Below, one piece after another: positions 27,125 to 38,646 of a stretch of 60,696 nucleotides of DNA. A model generated the notes under the pieces. It worked only from the letters and a program-made list of their open reading frames with translations, did no database searches and had not been told where the DNA came from. The position numbers and the translations under genes are program-made. The first letter of the stretch is position 1, and each line of letters begins with the position of its first letter. The stretch comes from Candidatus Sulfobium sp. (GTDB lineage: Bacteria > Nitrospirota > Thermodesulfovibrionia > Thermodesulfovibrionales > UBA6898). The stretch lies in assembly GCA_037380845.1 (NCBI GenBank), contig JARRRI010000001.1:1-60696 (forward strand), in the 5' to 3' direction.

Positions 27125-28663
27125 TCATTCCCATTCTATTGTTCCCGGGGGTTTTGACGTAACGTCATACACAACCCTGTTTACACCCTTCACCTCATTG
27201 ATTATCCTGTTCGAAATCCTTCCCAGCACGTCAGGAGGTATGCGGGCCCAGTCGGCGGTCATCCCGTCAAGGCTGGTCACCGCCCTCACCGCCACAACGT
27301 TCTCATAAGTCCTTTCATCACCCATCACCCCCACACTCTTGATGGGCAGGATAACGGCGAAGGCCTGCCATATCGCCCTGTAAAGTTTCGCCGCCTTTAT
27401 CTCTTCCAGAACAATCGCGTCCGCTTCTCTCAGGATTTCCAGCCTCTCCGCCGTAATGTCACCGATGCAGCGTATTGCCAGTCCCGGACCGGGGAAAGGG
27501 TGTCTCCAACTGATGTCTTCGGAAAGTCCCAGTTCCTTGCCCAGTACCCTCACCTCGTCCTTGAACAGTTCCCTGAGGGGCTCGATCAGCTGCAGCTTCA
27601 TGACATCGGGGAGTCCGCCCACGTTGTGATGGCTCTTAATTACGGCAGAAGGCCCCTTAAAGGACACGCTTTCGATCACGTCCGGATAGAGCGTACCCTG
27701 CGCGAGGAATTCCGCGTCCTTTATTTTTCTGGCCTCCTCCTCAAAGACCGAGATAAATTCGTTGCCGATGATCTTGCGCTTTTTTTCCGGCTCCGAAATA
27801 CCTGTCAGCCTGTCGAGGAACCTCTCCCTCGCATCTACGTGGATCAGCCTGACCCGAAAGTGGACCTCAAATGTCCGCCTAACCTTATCGGCCTCGCCCT
27901 TCCTCAGCAGGCCGTTATCCACAAAGATGCACGTCAGCGCGTCCCCCACAGCCTTGTGCACCAGCAAAGCCGTCACGGAGGAATCTACGCCCCCGCTCAA
28001 GGCGCATATTACCTTCTTGCCCCGGACCCTTGACCTGATATCGGCAACGGACCAGTCTATGAACGATGCCATTTCCCACGTGTGTCCGCAGCCGCAGATC
28101 CCGTGTACGAAATTATGCAATATCCTTGATCCCTCGGCGGTGTGGACCACTTCAGGATGAAACTGGAGGGCATAAAATCTCCTTTGCCGGTCCGCCATCA
28201 CTGCCACCGGAGAGTTCCCGGTATGTCCCGAGACGGTAAATCCTCGCGGGAGTTTTTCTATCCTGTCGCCGTGACTCATCCAGACTTTCGTCTCCCCGGA
28301 AATACCCCAGAGCAGATCGCTATCGTCATCGACGGTCAGTCCTGCGCTCCCGTATTCTCTTTTCGCAGCCTTCGCCACTACGCCTCCCAGACAGTGAGCC
28401 AACACCTGCATGCCGTAACATATCCCCAGGACCGGAATGCCCATCTCGAATATCCCGGTATCCGGGAAAGGGGCCTGTGCATCATACACGCTGGACGGAC
28501 CGCCCGAAAGAATGATGCCCTTCGGGGCAAATTCCCTGATCTTATCAATATGTGCATTGAAGGGATATATCTCCGAATAGACCCTGCTTTCCCTTACTCT
28601 CCTGGCAATGAGCTGCGTATACTGCGATCCGAAGTCCAGTACCAGAATCCTGTCTTCAAGCAT
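27125..28663 (-). CDS. guaA: GMP synthase (glutamine-hydrolysing)
   Basis: [36 protein letters not shown] and KPPGTIEWE. Confidence 0.98.
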   Translation of the reverse strand: MLEDRILVLDFGSQYTQLIARRVRESRVYSEIYPFNAHIDKIREFAPKGIILSGGPSSVYDAQAPFPDTGIFEMGIPVLGICYGMQVLAHCLGGVVAKAAKREYGSAGLTVDDDSDLLWGISGETKVWMSHGDRIEKLPRGFTVSGHTGNSPVAVMADRQRRFYALQFHPEVVHTAEGSRILHNFVHGICGCGHTWEMASFIDWSVADIRSRVRGKKVICALSGGVDSSVTALLVHKAVGDALTCIFVDNGLLRKGEADKVRRTFEVHFRVRLIHVDARERFLDRLTGISEPEKKRKIIGNEFISVFEEEARKIKDAEFLAQGTLYPDVIESVSFKGPSAVIKSHHNVGGLPDVMKLQLIEPLRELFKDEVRVLGKELGLSEDISWRHPFPGPGLAIRCIGDITAERLEILREADAIVLEEIKAAKLYRAIWQAFAVILPIKSVGVMGDERTYENVVAVRAVTSLDGMTADWARIPPDVLGRISNRIINEVKGVNRVVYDVTSKPPGTIEWE

Positions 28664-28800
28664 AGTGGTTCAAAATTCTCCTTTTTTTCCGGAATATTGC
28701 CAGAAACAGAGAATCCTGCCGGGCGGCGAAATAACCGTCACTAAACAGAAACTCCTTATCATGCGGGGCCAGGCAGACAGACCTGATAACATCTGCGTGA

Positions 28801-30294
<1,494 letters not shown>

Positions 30295-30348
30295 TTATAT
30301 TTTAATAAAGCAATCTGACGACCGATTTCGATTCTCCGCAATTTTTTC

Positions 30349-30377
30349 TTGACACTGACTACTTTTTGCATTATATT
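30349..30377 (+). promoter_or_regulatory. Sigma70-type promoter for the triheme cytochrome
   Basis: TTGACA-17 bp-TATATT. Confidence 0.55.
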
Positions 30378-30470
30378 TTTAGAGTCTGTCGCATTTCTTC
30401 GGACAGAAGCTTTTAAAGTATCGCCTGTTTGGCAGGACTGAATAAATTACATATGAAAGGAGGTGAAGAA

Positions 30471-30776
30471 ATGAAGATAAAGGTATTACTTCTGTCATTC
30501 ATAGTAGCCCTTGCCTTCGTAGCGACCGCATTCGCGGTACCGCCGGGCAAGACTGTTGTATGGGAAAATGCCGCAATGGGTAACGTTACCTTCAGCGGTC
30601 AAGTACATGCCGACAAGGGTTTCAAATGTAATGACTGCCACACCAAGATCTTCCCGATGAAGAAGACCACCCTGACCATGGCAGCCATGCGCGAAGGCAA
30701 GGAGTGCGGTACATGCCATAACGGAGAAAAGGCTTTCAGCGTTAAAGGCAACTGCATGAAGTGCCATAAGAAGTGA
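30471..30776 (+). CDS. Periplasmic triheme c7-type cytochrome
   Basis: Strong SD AGGAGGTG, signal peptide, CNDCH, CGTCH and CMKCH. Confidence 0.9.
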   Translation: MKIKVLLLSFIVALAFVATAFAVPPGKTVVWENAAMGNVTFSGQVHADKGFKCNDCHTKIFPMKKTTLTMAAMREGKECGTCHNGEKAFSVKGNCMKCHKK

Positions 30777-30798
30777 CATACTGGAAAAAGATTCTTTA

Positions 30799-30836
30799 TA
30801 AAAAAGAAGGCCCGTTATAACGGGCCTTCTTTTTTA
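30799..30836. terminator. Bidirectional intrinsic terminator
   Basis: AAAAAAGAAGGCCCGTT-AT-AACGGGCCTTCTTTTTT between convergent genes. Confidence 0.85.
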
Positions 30837-30856
30837 TTTTATTTTCGGGGTACCCT

Positions 30857-31771
30857 TCAAATCCTTGTAAGCCAGGACTCGTATTTACTGTTTTTCCCCT
30901 TGACGGCGCCGAAGAATATTGACTGCAGTCTTTCGGTAATTCTGCCGCGCCTTCCATTGCCTATTGTCCTTCCGTCAACCTCTCTGACCGGCGTAATCTC
31001 CGCCGCCGTACCCGTGAAAAAGGCCTCATCCGAGATGTAAACCTCATCCCTGGTAAAGCGCTCTTCAATCACCGGTATCCCGCTGTCGGCAGCGATACGC
31101 ATGATGCTGTCGCGCGTTATCCCTTCGAGTATGGAAGTCAGGGGTGTGGTCTTCAGCCGGTTGTTTCTGACAATGAATATGTTTTCTCCGCTGCCCTCGG
31201 AGACATATCCCTCCGTATCGAGCAGCAGTGCCTCGTCGCACCCGCACATGATCGCCTCGGCCTTCGCCAACTGGGAATTCACGTAGTATCCGCACACTTT
31301 CGCCCTGGTCATATCCACGTTGACATGGTGGCGTGTAAAAGACGACACTTTAATCCGTATCCCTTTCGTAAGTCCCTCGTCCCCGAGATAAGCCCCCCAC
31401 GGCCAGGCGGCTATAGCAACGCAGACCGGATTGTCGTCGGGATTCACGCCCATCGAACCATGACCGATAAACACGAGGGGCCTGATATAACATTCTTTCA
31501 GCCTGTTGACCTTTATGGTTTCGAGCACCGCCGCCCTGATTTCTTCCCCGGAAAAAGGGATTTCAAGGCCGAAAATGCGGGCGGAATCGAAAAGCCGCCT
31601 GACGTGCTCGTCGAGGCGAACGACAGCCGAGCCCTTCGAAGTCTTATAACAGCGTATACCCTCAAACACCCCAAGACCGTAATGCAGAGTATGAGTAAGG
31701 ACATGAACGTTCGCATCGGCCCATGCCACGAACCGGCCATCCATCCATATTTTTTCAGTCTTTTCTATCAT
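30857..31771 (-). CDS. ilvE: Branched-chain amino acid aminotransferase
   Basis: [32 protein letters not shown] and GTAAEITP. Confidence 0.96.
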   Translation of the reverse strand: MIEKTEKIWMDGRFVAWADANVHVLTHTLHYGLGVFEGIRCYKTSKGSAVVRLDEHVRRLFDSARIFGLEIPFSGEEIRAAVLETIKVNRLKECYIRPLVFIGHGSMGVNPDDNPVCVAIAAWPWGAYLGDEGLTKGIRIKVSSFTRHHVNVDMTRAKVCGYYVNSQLAKAEAIMCGCDEALLLDTEGYVSEGSGENIFIVRNNRLKTTPLTSILEGITRDSIMRIAADSGIPVIEERFTRDEVYISDEAFFTGTAAEITPVREVDGRTIGNGRRGRITERLQSIFFGAVKGKNSKYESWLTRI

Positions 31772-31931
31772 GGCGGTTTATTAAAACAGTATGGTGAGTC
31801 CTCTGTCAACAGGCCTTCGCCCGGCGCATGCAAAACGAATTGTCCGGCCGGAGGGACTCTTTATACAGACTCCAATCCCGGATTCCTGCCGATCATTCTC
31901 ACGCCAGCCGGCGACTTTCGCTGCCCCCTGC

Positions 31932-31970
31932 AAAACAAAAAAAGCCGGAAGTTCCGGCTTTTTTTGTTTT
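31932..31970 (-). terminator. Intrinsic terminator downstream of tusA
   Basis: AAAACAAAAAAAGCCGGAA-G-TTCCGGCTTTTTTTGTTTT perfect inverted repeat. Confidence 0.8.
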
Positions 31971-31986
31971 TATAAACAGTGGCTGT

Positions 31987-32220
31987 CTACTTCTTCTTTA
32001 TATAGAACTCTATGACCTTGCCATCTTCCTTTGTCTCCATGAGTTCATGTCCGAGTCTCTTCAGCAAAGCCGGAATATCGGACTTTGAACCCGGATCCGT
32101 TGAGATAACCTCAAGTACCTGTCCGGACTGCAAGCCGTCTATCGCTTTCTTGGTTTTCAACACCGGCATCGGGCAATTCATCCCCTTGGTATCGAGTACG
32201 ACGTCTGCTTTAACGCTCAT
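31987..32220 (-). CDS. tusA: TusA-family sulfur carrier protein
   Basis: LDTKGMNCPMPVL..KKAI, TDPGS..DIP; SD GGAGG before ATG 32220. Confidence 0.9.
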   Translation of the reverse strand: MSVKADVVLDTKGMNCPMPVLKTKKAIDGLQSGQVLEVISTDPGSKSDIPALLKRLGHELMETKEDGKVIEFYIKKK

Positions 32221-32466
32221 TTCTTCCTCCTTATCTTCAATCTTTTTTATAGTTGTCACTAATAAATTAAACTATTAAACACTATTCGTCTTTTTTTGTC
32301 AATAATCTTTGCGATAAAAAAGCTCCTTCGCCCCGGGACGAACGATACCCGCGTTATCCGATAAGAGATAAACAATTCTTTTATGTCCCGGACCTGATTC
32401 GGGATCAAGCGGAGGACGACGATACCAGGCTTTAAATACGGGCCTTATTAACTGCTTTTAATGCCT

Positions 32467-32751
32467 CTATTTGATTTTCTTTACGAAATCGGCGACAGGC
32501 ATAGCGGCAAGACTCAGGAGCTGGACCGATCCCCTTGCGCCGATTTCAACCGACATCCTGGTAATGGCTTCATTATCCTTTGCTTCCACGATGCTCACAA
32601 AGTCATAGGGACCGAGGAGGGCGTATTGCTCTCTAACCTTGATTCCCATCTTCTCGACTTCTTTATTCACCTCCAGTATCCGCTTGGGCTTACTCTTGAT
32701 CGTCTTCCTTCCCTCGTCGGTAAGTGTGCTCAGTATCACATAAGTAGCCAT
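32467..32751 (-). CDS. GYD-domain protein
   Basis: MATYVILSTLTDEG...LGPYDFVSIVEA. Confidence 0.85.
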   Translation of the reverse strand: MATYVILSTLTDEGRKTIKSKPKRILEVNKEVEKMGIKVREQYALLGPYDFVSIVEAKDNEAITRMSVEIGARGSVQLLSLAAMPVADFVKKIK

Positions 32752-32876
32752 GGCCTTCCTCCTCTCAAGACGCGATATTTTATCTCTCTTATACTATCTT
32801 TGGGCCGCGATGTCAACGGAATTTTCATACAGTTTCCTGATTTGACAACATTGGGGGGCTATGTAAAAATTAAGTT

Positions 32877-33710
32877 ATGTGGGAATATACCGAAAAAGTA
32901 AAAGACTTCTTTCTCAAGCCGAAGAATGTGGGCGAGATCAAGGACGCCGACGCCGTGGGTGAAGTCGGAAGCATCGTCTGCGGCGACGCACTCAAACTCT
33001 ACCTCAAGATCGACAAGGAATCGGGAAAGATCGTCGACGCCAGGTTCCAGACCTTCGGGTGCGCCAGTGCGATAGCCAGCTCATCGGCCCTGACCGAACT
33101 TATCAAGGGCAAGACCGTCGACGAGGCCCTGAACGTCTCCAACCAGGACATCGCCGACTTTCTCGGCGGCCTTCCCGAGCAGAAAATGCACTGCTCCGTG
33201 ATGGGAAGGGAGGCTCTAGAAGCGGCGGTAGCGAACCTGAAGGGAGAAGCCCCTCCGGAGCATGAGGAGGGCAACCTTATCTGCAAATGCTTCAACGTGA
33301 CCGAGGAGAAGATCCGCAAGGTGGCGATGGAAAACCATCTCACCACGGTCGACGAAATCACCAATTATACAAAGGCAGGCGGCGGCTGCGGAGAATGCGT
33401 GCCAAACATTGAGGCCATATTGACCGACCTCTGGTCGCTGAAGGCTCCTGAAAAAACGGCAAAGCCCAAGAAACTTACCAACCTTCACAAGATCGCCCTT
33501 ATCCAGGAGGTCATCGACAGCGAGATAAGGCCGGGACTTCAGGCGGACAACGGGGACGTAGAGCTGATAGATATAGAAGGAAGCAAAGTTACCGTAGCGC
33601 TGCGCGGCATGTGCACGGGCTGCATGATGTCTGACGTCACGATCAAAGGAATGCAGGAAAAGCTCAGGGAACTCGTGAGCGACGATATCGTGGTGGAGGC
33701 GTACCAATGA
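32877..33710 (+). CDS. nifU: Fe-S cluster scaffold NifU (IscU + BFD-like + Nfu domains)
   Basis: CGDAL, FGCASAIASS, KMHCSVM, ICKCF, GGGCGEC and GMCTGC. Confidence 0.96.
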   Translation: MWEYTEKVKDFFLKPKNVGEIKDADAVGEVGSIVCGDALKLYLKIDKESGKIVDARFQTFGCASAIASSSALTELIKGKTVDEALNVSNQDIADFLGGLPEQKMHCSVMGREALEAAVANLKGEAPPEHEEGNLICKCFNVTEEKIRKVAMENHLTTVDEITNYTKAGGGCGECVPNIEAILTDLWSLKAPEKTAKPKKLTNLHKIALIQEVIDSEIRPGLQADNGDVELIDIEGSKVTVALRGMCTGCMMSDVTIKGMQEKLRELVSDDIVVEAYQ

Positions 33711-34903
33711 AACCGGTCTACCTGGACAATAACGCCACGACACGCGTTGCCCCCGAGATACTGGAGGAGATGCTGCCCTATCTGACCGACTTCTACGGCA
33801 ACCCTTCGAGCATGCATACTTTCGGGGGCCAGATCCACAAGAGAATTGAGGATGCGCGGTCGAAGGTTGCTTCCCTCATTAACGCGGAGCCGGAAGAGAT
33901 CATATTCACAAGCTGCGGCACCGAGAGCGACAACACTGCCATAATGAGTGCTGTCGGGACCATGCCCCGGAAGAGACATGTCATCACGACACGCGTGGAA
34001 CATCCGGCCGTCCTGAACTTCTGCCAGCATCTGGGAAGGAAGGGACACAGGGTAACCTATCTGCAGGTCAACTCGAAAGGGCAGCTCGATATTGATCTCC
34101 TCATGAAAACTGTCGACGATGATACGGCCCTGGTTTCTATAATGTTCGCCAACAACGAGACAGGAGTGCTGTTCCCGGTTGAGGAGATCGCCGGCCTGTT
34201 GAAGGAAAGGGAAATCCCCTTCCACACCGACGCCGTCCAGGCGGCGGGAAAGGTCCCTATTGACGTAAAGAAGGCGCCGGTCGACATGCTCACGCTCTCG
34301 GGACATAAACTTCATGCGCCAAAGGGCGTAGGCGCCCTTTACGTGAGGAAAGGGACCAGGTTCTCTCCCTATATCATAGGAGGGCACCAGGAGCGGGGGA
34401 GAAGGGCGGGCACCGAGAACGTCGCCTCCATTATAGCTCTGGGCAAGGCCTGCGAACTCGCGGGATCAGACCTCGAAGGGGAAATGTCCTATCTTGGCCG
34501 ACTGCGCGACAAACTGGAGAAGGGCCTCACGGAGTGTTGTCCTGACGCCCGGGTAAACGGCGACGTTGACAACAGACTGCCGAACACCACCAACATCAGC
34601 TTCGAGTATGTTGAGGGCGAAGCAATCCTCCTCAGGCTCAACGAATACAACATATGCGCATCTTCTGGATCGGCATGCTCGTCAGGTTCGCTGGAACCGT
34701 CCCACGTCCTGCGGTCGATGGGCGTTCCTTTTACCGCCGTCCACGGTTCGGTGAGGTTTTCACTGAGCCGCTACAACACGGAAGAGGAGATCGACAGGGT
34801 CATTGAGATCGTGCCGCCTATTATCAGGGAGCTTCGGCAACTCTCCCCCTTCGGCAGGGAAAAGCTCGAATGCCCCCCCGGCCTGGAGACGGAAACGGCG
34901 TAA
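33707..34903 (+). CDS. nifS: Cysteine desulfurase NifS
   Basis: YLDNNATT, HTDAVQ, SGHKLHAPKG and SSGSACSSGSLEPSHVL. Confidence 0.96.
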   Translation: MKPVYLDNNATTRVAPEILEEMLPYLTDFYGNPSSMHTFGGQIHKRIEDARSKVASLINAEPEEIIFTSCGTESDNTAIMSAVGTMPRKRHVITTRVEHPAVLNFCQHLGRKGHRVTYLQVNSKGQLDIDLLMKTVDDDTALVSIMFANNETGVLFPVEEIAGLLKEREIPFHTDAVQAAGKVPIDVKKAPVDMLTLSGHKLHAPKGVGALYVRKGTRFSPYIIGGHQERGRRAGTENVASIIALGKACELAGSDLEGEMSYLGRLRDKLEKGLTECCPDARVNGDVDNRLPNTTNISFEYVEGEAILLRLNEYNICASSGSACSSGSLEPSHVLRSMGVPFTAVHGSVRFSLSRYNTEEEIDRVIEIVPPIIRELRQLSPFGREKLECPPGLETETA

Positions 34904-35045
34904 TCGTTTCTTCCCCGTACCCGGCTGCTGCGGCAATAATCGGGCGTACATCCGGCCGATTCACAACAGACTCAAAGCAGTATGAGAATATGACGGGGGC
35001 CCTCTGCCCGGCCGTCAATGCCGGCGATGCTGTCGGGTTCATTAA

Positions 35046-35231
35046 CCCGGATTATTCATGAAATGTGGTAGACGCGAAAGGACATAGTATTTTCGCTCAT
35101 TCTCGGTCGTTACGACCTCCGAGGAACTTGCCCTTTTTATTTCGGGATACATAGTGTCTGAATATCGGGCAAGTAAAACCGCTCAAACACTTGTCCTTTC
35201 GCCACGCAGGAACATTTGTGAATAAAGTGGG
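35046..35231 (+). mobile_element. IS1380-like MITE (family C), copy 1
   Basis: 186 bp, highly similar to the reverse complement of 60019-60205. Imperfect TIRs CCCGGATTATTCATGAAA / TTTGTGAATAAAGTGGG; internal inverted repeats GCGAAAGGACA/TGTCCTTTCGC and ACTTGCCC/GGGCAAGT. Confidence 0.8.
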
Positions 35232-35247
35232 CTGAGAGGAGGTCTTC

Positions 35248-35484
35248 ATGCATTGGCTGTGGTTTCTCATCATCGGCGCAGCGGCGGGCTGGATTGCGGG
35301 CAAGCTGATCCGGGGACACGGGTTCGGCATAATAGGCAACCTCGTAGTGGGGATTCTGGGCGCGCTGGTCGGGGGGTTCATCTTCCGGCTCCTCCACGTC
35401 TCTTCCTATGGTCTCATCGGTTCACTCGTCACGGCGACGGTAGGAGCAATCGTTCTTCTCTGGATTGTGAGAAAATTTACTTGA
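35248..35484 (+). CDS. GlsB/YeaQ/YmgE-family (transglycosylase-associated) membrane protein
   Basis: IIGAAAGWIAG..GFGIIGNLVVGILGALVGG...ATVGAIVLL; SD GAGGAGG. Confidence 0.92.
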   Translation: MHWLWFLIIGAAAGWIAGKLIRGHGFGIIGNLVVGILGALVGGFIFRLLHVSSYGLIGSLVTATVGAIVLLWIVRKFT

Positions 35485-35494
35485 ATCTTCGGTA

Positions 35495-36121
35495 TTACTG
35501 AACACCGTCACCGGATCCCGGTTTCCGCCGATTCGGTGTGAGCGTGGTTGTGTCCCGCTTATTCCTGAGTTCCTTGTATCTGAAACAGCCCGTGACATGA
35601 TCATTTACCATGCCGACGGCCTGCATGAACGCGTAACATATTGTTGTCCCGACGAACCTCAAACCCCTTTCCCGCAGGTCTTTGCTCATGGCGTCGGACT
35701 CCCGGCTACTGGGGGGAATTTCAGTCACCCTTCTCCACGAGTTCTGAACAGGTCGTCCATCCACGAACCGCCATACGTAACTGTCAAAACTTCCAAACTC
35801 CTCCTGTATTTGAAGGAAGGCCGCAGCGTTGGCGATAGCAGCCCTGATCTTAAGCCTGTTCCTTATGATCCCCGGATCGGTGAGCAGTCTGGCAAAGTCC
35901 TTCTCAGAGTATCGGGCGATTTTCCGGGCATCAAAATTGTCAAAGGCTTTTCTGTAGCCTTCCCGCTTTTTGAGAACGGTTGACCAGCTCAACCCTGCCT
36001 GTGCACCTTCCAAGGTAAGAAACTCGAACAGGAGCCTGTCATCGTGAACCGGCACTCCCCATTCATGATCGTGATAGGATTTCTCCAGTTCGCCCCTATC
36101 GGCCCATTCACAGCGTTTCAT
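35495..36121 (-). CDS. tag: DNA-3-methyladenine glycosylase I
   Basis: RCEWA, YHDHEWGVP, LEGAQAGLSW, IIRNRLKI and MQAVGMVNDH. Confidence 0.96.
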   Translation of the reverse strand: MKRCEWADRGELEKSYHDHEWGVPVHDDRLLFEFLTLEGAQAGLSWSTVLKKREGYRKAFDNFDARKIARYSEKDFARLLTDPGIIRNRLKIRAAIANAAAFLQIQEEFGSFDSYVWRFVDGRPVQNSWRRVTEIPPSSRESDAMSKDLRERGLRFVGTTICYAFMQAVGMVNDHVTGCFRYKELRNKRDTTTLTPNRRKPGSGDGVQ

Positions 36122-36285
36122 GGACCTTTTTTTCCCTCTCCAGTGAGCACATGATCATATTACTAATGGCCGACTGAGGTTTCCAGGACCGGGGAAACTG
36201 CCGGCCGTCTTTATCCTCTCTAAAGCTTGGGTTCTATCAAAGTTGGTTGCCCCGGCGTATCAGCCGAATCGCTACGCCCCGCGTT

Positions 36286-37119
36286 TCAAGGCAATGCGAC
36301 GTCCACCAGCCGGAACGGCTCGGAGACGACCGATTTCTTCGTCTTCAGGAATATTCTGAGCCGAGCATCCGAAGGAAGTGCTTTGTCATATTTCAAAATC
36401 ACGCAGTTGTGAAAAGTCATTCTGCCACTGCTATTGATTTCAACACCTTCCTTATCCACTGTGTCTATATTGATCAGGTTGGCTGAAGGATCATTGATTT
36501 TCATGACCACGTCGTTATCTCCCACCTGAGAAAATGCCCCGAAGAGGCCGGCGAACACCTTCACGGCAAGTTGTTCGAGGCCCTTATCCGCCTTCGCCTT
36601 TTTCTCTTCAGCCTTCTTTAGCGACTCATATTCTTTCCTGGTCAAGACGGTCACCTTGACGCCGGCTTTCGCCAAAGATGGTACATCCAGCGGCTTGCCC
36701 GTCTTCTTCAGTATTCCACCGATCAAAACGGTGGCTGCGGGGTCGCGGTCGGGCATGAAAAGTTCGATCTCTCCGGCAATCTCTGCCACGACCGTCGCCT
36801 TTCGCGCCGGATTCTTCAATTTCAGAGTCGTTTCAGCATGCCCGCTGCCTTCCTGTACCGTTTCAAACTGACCATCCTTCTTCTCGTCAGTCAGCAGCTT
36901 ACGGCCCGTGTCATCTACAGCCTTACTGACCGACGTTCTGATCGCCCGGATTGAAGAGGCGTCGTCACCAAGCAGTTTGATCTTGATCTTTAGATTGTTA
37001 AAGAATTGACCCGTCGAACGCTGATCGGTTACCTCCGTCACCACCGGCCTGATATCGGCCCCGTATGCAGGGGCGGTAAGGATAAACAGAACCAGAAAAA
37101 GCATCCCCGCTATGCGCAT
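36286..37119 (-). CDS. Hypothetical exported protein (possible integron cassette)
   Basis: SD AGGAGGAGG before ATG 37119, signal peptide MRIAGMLFLVLFILTAPAYGA; no recognisable family. Confidence 0.7.
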   Translation of the reverse strand: MRIAGMLFLVLFILTAPAYGADIRPVVTEVTDQRSTGQFFNNLKIKIKLLGDDASSIRAIRTSVSKAVDDTGRKLLTDEKKDGQFETVQEGSGHAETTLKLKNPARKATVVAEIAGEIELFMPDRDPAATVLIGGILKKTGKPLDVPSLAKAGVKVTVLTRKEYESLKKAEEKKAKADKGLEQLAVKVFAGLFGAFSQVGDNDVVMKINDPSANLINIDTVDKEGVEINSSGRMTFHNCVILKYDKALPSDARLRIFLKTKKSVVSEPFRLVDVALP

Positions 37120-37339
37120 AACCTCCTCCTTTCGTCCATGACTGGGCTTCTTATAGGTGTGCGATGAGATCCTGCTGCGCAGCCCGTACAGCCTCCTGTT
37201 CTGGGCACCATCACACTGCAGAAACTCACAGTTCAAGGGCCGCTCCCTATGTTTCTCCAGGTTCTCCATGTGCAGCGAGAGCACCGTTTTCGCGCTTCGA
37301 CCAGGCTCTTATATGCCTCTATTTTGTTGATTGTTTATT

Positions 37340-37405
37340 CGCTAACGAGAGAACTGTGCGTGGCTATCAGGCATCCGCACGAGTGGTTTGCCAGCATCGG
37401 ATAAA
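37340..37405 (-). other. Degenerate attC-like site downstream of brnA
   Basis: Minus strand reads ...GTGCGGATGCCTGATAGCCACGCACAGTTCTCTC-GTTAGCG: an imperfect hairpin ending in a GTTRRRY-like core. The R'' box is not clear. Confidence 0.4.
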
Positions 37406-37406
37406 T

Positions 37407-37640
37407 TCAGGATGCTTTTTCAAGACGCTCCGCTATCCAAACTTTAATGATGGACTGCCGCGGGACACCCAGGCGTCTTGCTTCTTTATCCAATAAATGA
37501 ATCATCCACAATGGAAAATCTACATTTACTCTTTTCTGTTCCTGTTCGGGCCTTCGTGCTTTTGACATATCGAGATATTTTGTAATATCTTCTCTATCAT
37601 CAAATTTTTTGTCGATTTCTTTAGCTTTCATATATTTCAA
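37407..37640 (-). CDS. BrnA-type (CopG/RHH) antitoxin
   Basis: MKAKEIDKKFD...KRVNVDFPLWMI..LDKEARRLGVPRQSIIKVWIAERL; overlaps the toxin gene. Confidence 0.88.
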   Translation of the reverse strand: MKYMKAKEIDKKFDDREDITKYLDMSKARRPEQEQKRVNVDFPLWMIHLLDKEARRLGVPRQSIIKVWIAERLEKAS

Positions 37641-37881
37641 CCTCCTCTTTTCTGGACCGCCGTACCGACATGATCCGAACCCTTTCGCTTCGATAAGTAA
37701 TAATTGCCGACCAATGTTTTTCTGAAATCTTCCCGATCACCAAGAATCGCGGTTCGTCGACGGTCTTTAAGGGAATCTCAATGAAGTCGGGATCACCCCA
37801 CAAAGCTTGTGCCTCAAGAAAATCAATACCATGCTTCTTATTGTTGATTTTGCTTTTCGCAGAATCAAATTCAAACTCCAT
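37621..37881 (-). CDS. brnT: BrnT-family toxin
   Basis: MEFEFDSAKS..N.KKHGIDF.EAQALW.D...RIMSVRRSR..E. Confidence 0.92.
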   Translation of the reverse strand: MEFEFDSAKSKINNKKHGIDFLEAQALWGDPDFIEIPLKTVDEPRFLVIGKISEKHWSAIITYRSERVRIMSVRRSRKEEVEIYES

Positions 37882-38007
37882 GATATAGTTATTATACCTT
37901 AAGTATACCTTAAGTCGATATTGATTTTGATGCTAATCGGGTGAGTGCCCCGCGCAACTCCCCTTTAGTCCGCTCGCAGCGCGGCTGGACTTTCAGGAGT
38001 TTCCGGG

Positions 38008-38165
38008 ATGAAAAGGCTGCTCAGGCTCAAGCATTATTCCTACCGCACCGAGACGGGTACCTCGACTGGGTCGAGCGTTTCTTTGCTTATGCGGCCGATG
38101 ATACTACCAGGGACCTTTCCGCCGAGCTTACATCCGATGACATCAAGAATTATCTGGGCTATTCC
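38008..38165 (+). pseudogene. intI: Integron-integrase N-terminal (SAM-like) fragment, frameshifted and truncated
   Basis: One frame gives MKRLLRLKHYSYRTE; a second frame gives YLDWVERFFAY...LTSDDIKNYL. Joined across a 1-nt deletion near 38053-38057 they match the IntI pattern R.RHYS.RTE..Y..W..RF. No catalytic domain follows. Confidence 0.75.
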
Positions 38166-38646
38166 TGCATGCGTATCCACATCCCGGTCCTGTCCATGGC
38201 AAGGATAAGTCAACCGGGAAAACCTTGCCAAAAAGTGGATTCCCGATTACTACCTCGGGAATGACGGCTTGTGAAAATTTCTTGTCAATGACGAAAATTA
38301 AATAGAAGCATTGTAGAAGCGTTCATCCTATCTTTGCGAACTTTGCCGCTTTGCACGCGATAAAGCAGTCTCTGCTCCTGACCCGAATTGTGGACGGGCT
38401 ACCGCCATTATGGAACACCCTCGCGTTCCATTCAGATAACTCTCAATCCCCAAAAAAGGCGCTTCCAGACCCATTTGTCGAAAAATGAAACCCAAAAGAC
38501 GGCTGGTGTGAATTTTCCGATCCGCCCGAAACAGTTTAAATAAAATTCATCATAGCTGTAAAGGGAAAAATGCTTTCACCGCAGAAGCGCCAGAGATGGC
38601 GCCGGGGGGCCGCTGTCCAGCCTTGAACATCCACGAATAATGCAGG

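Noticed and set aside
32877..34903. Nitrogen fixation cluster
   Set aside because: No nifHDK/ENB in the window; NifUS serves as a general Fe-S system in many anaerobes.
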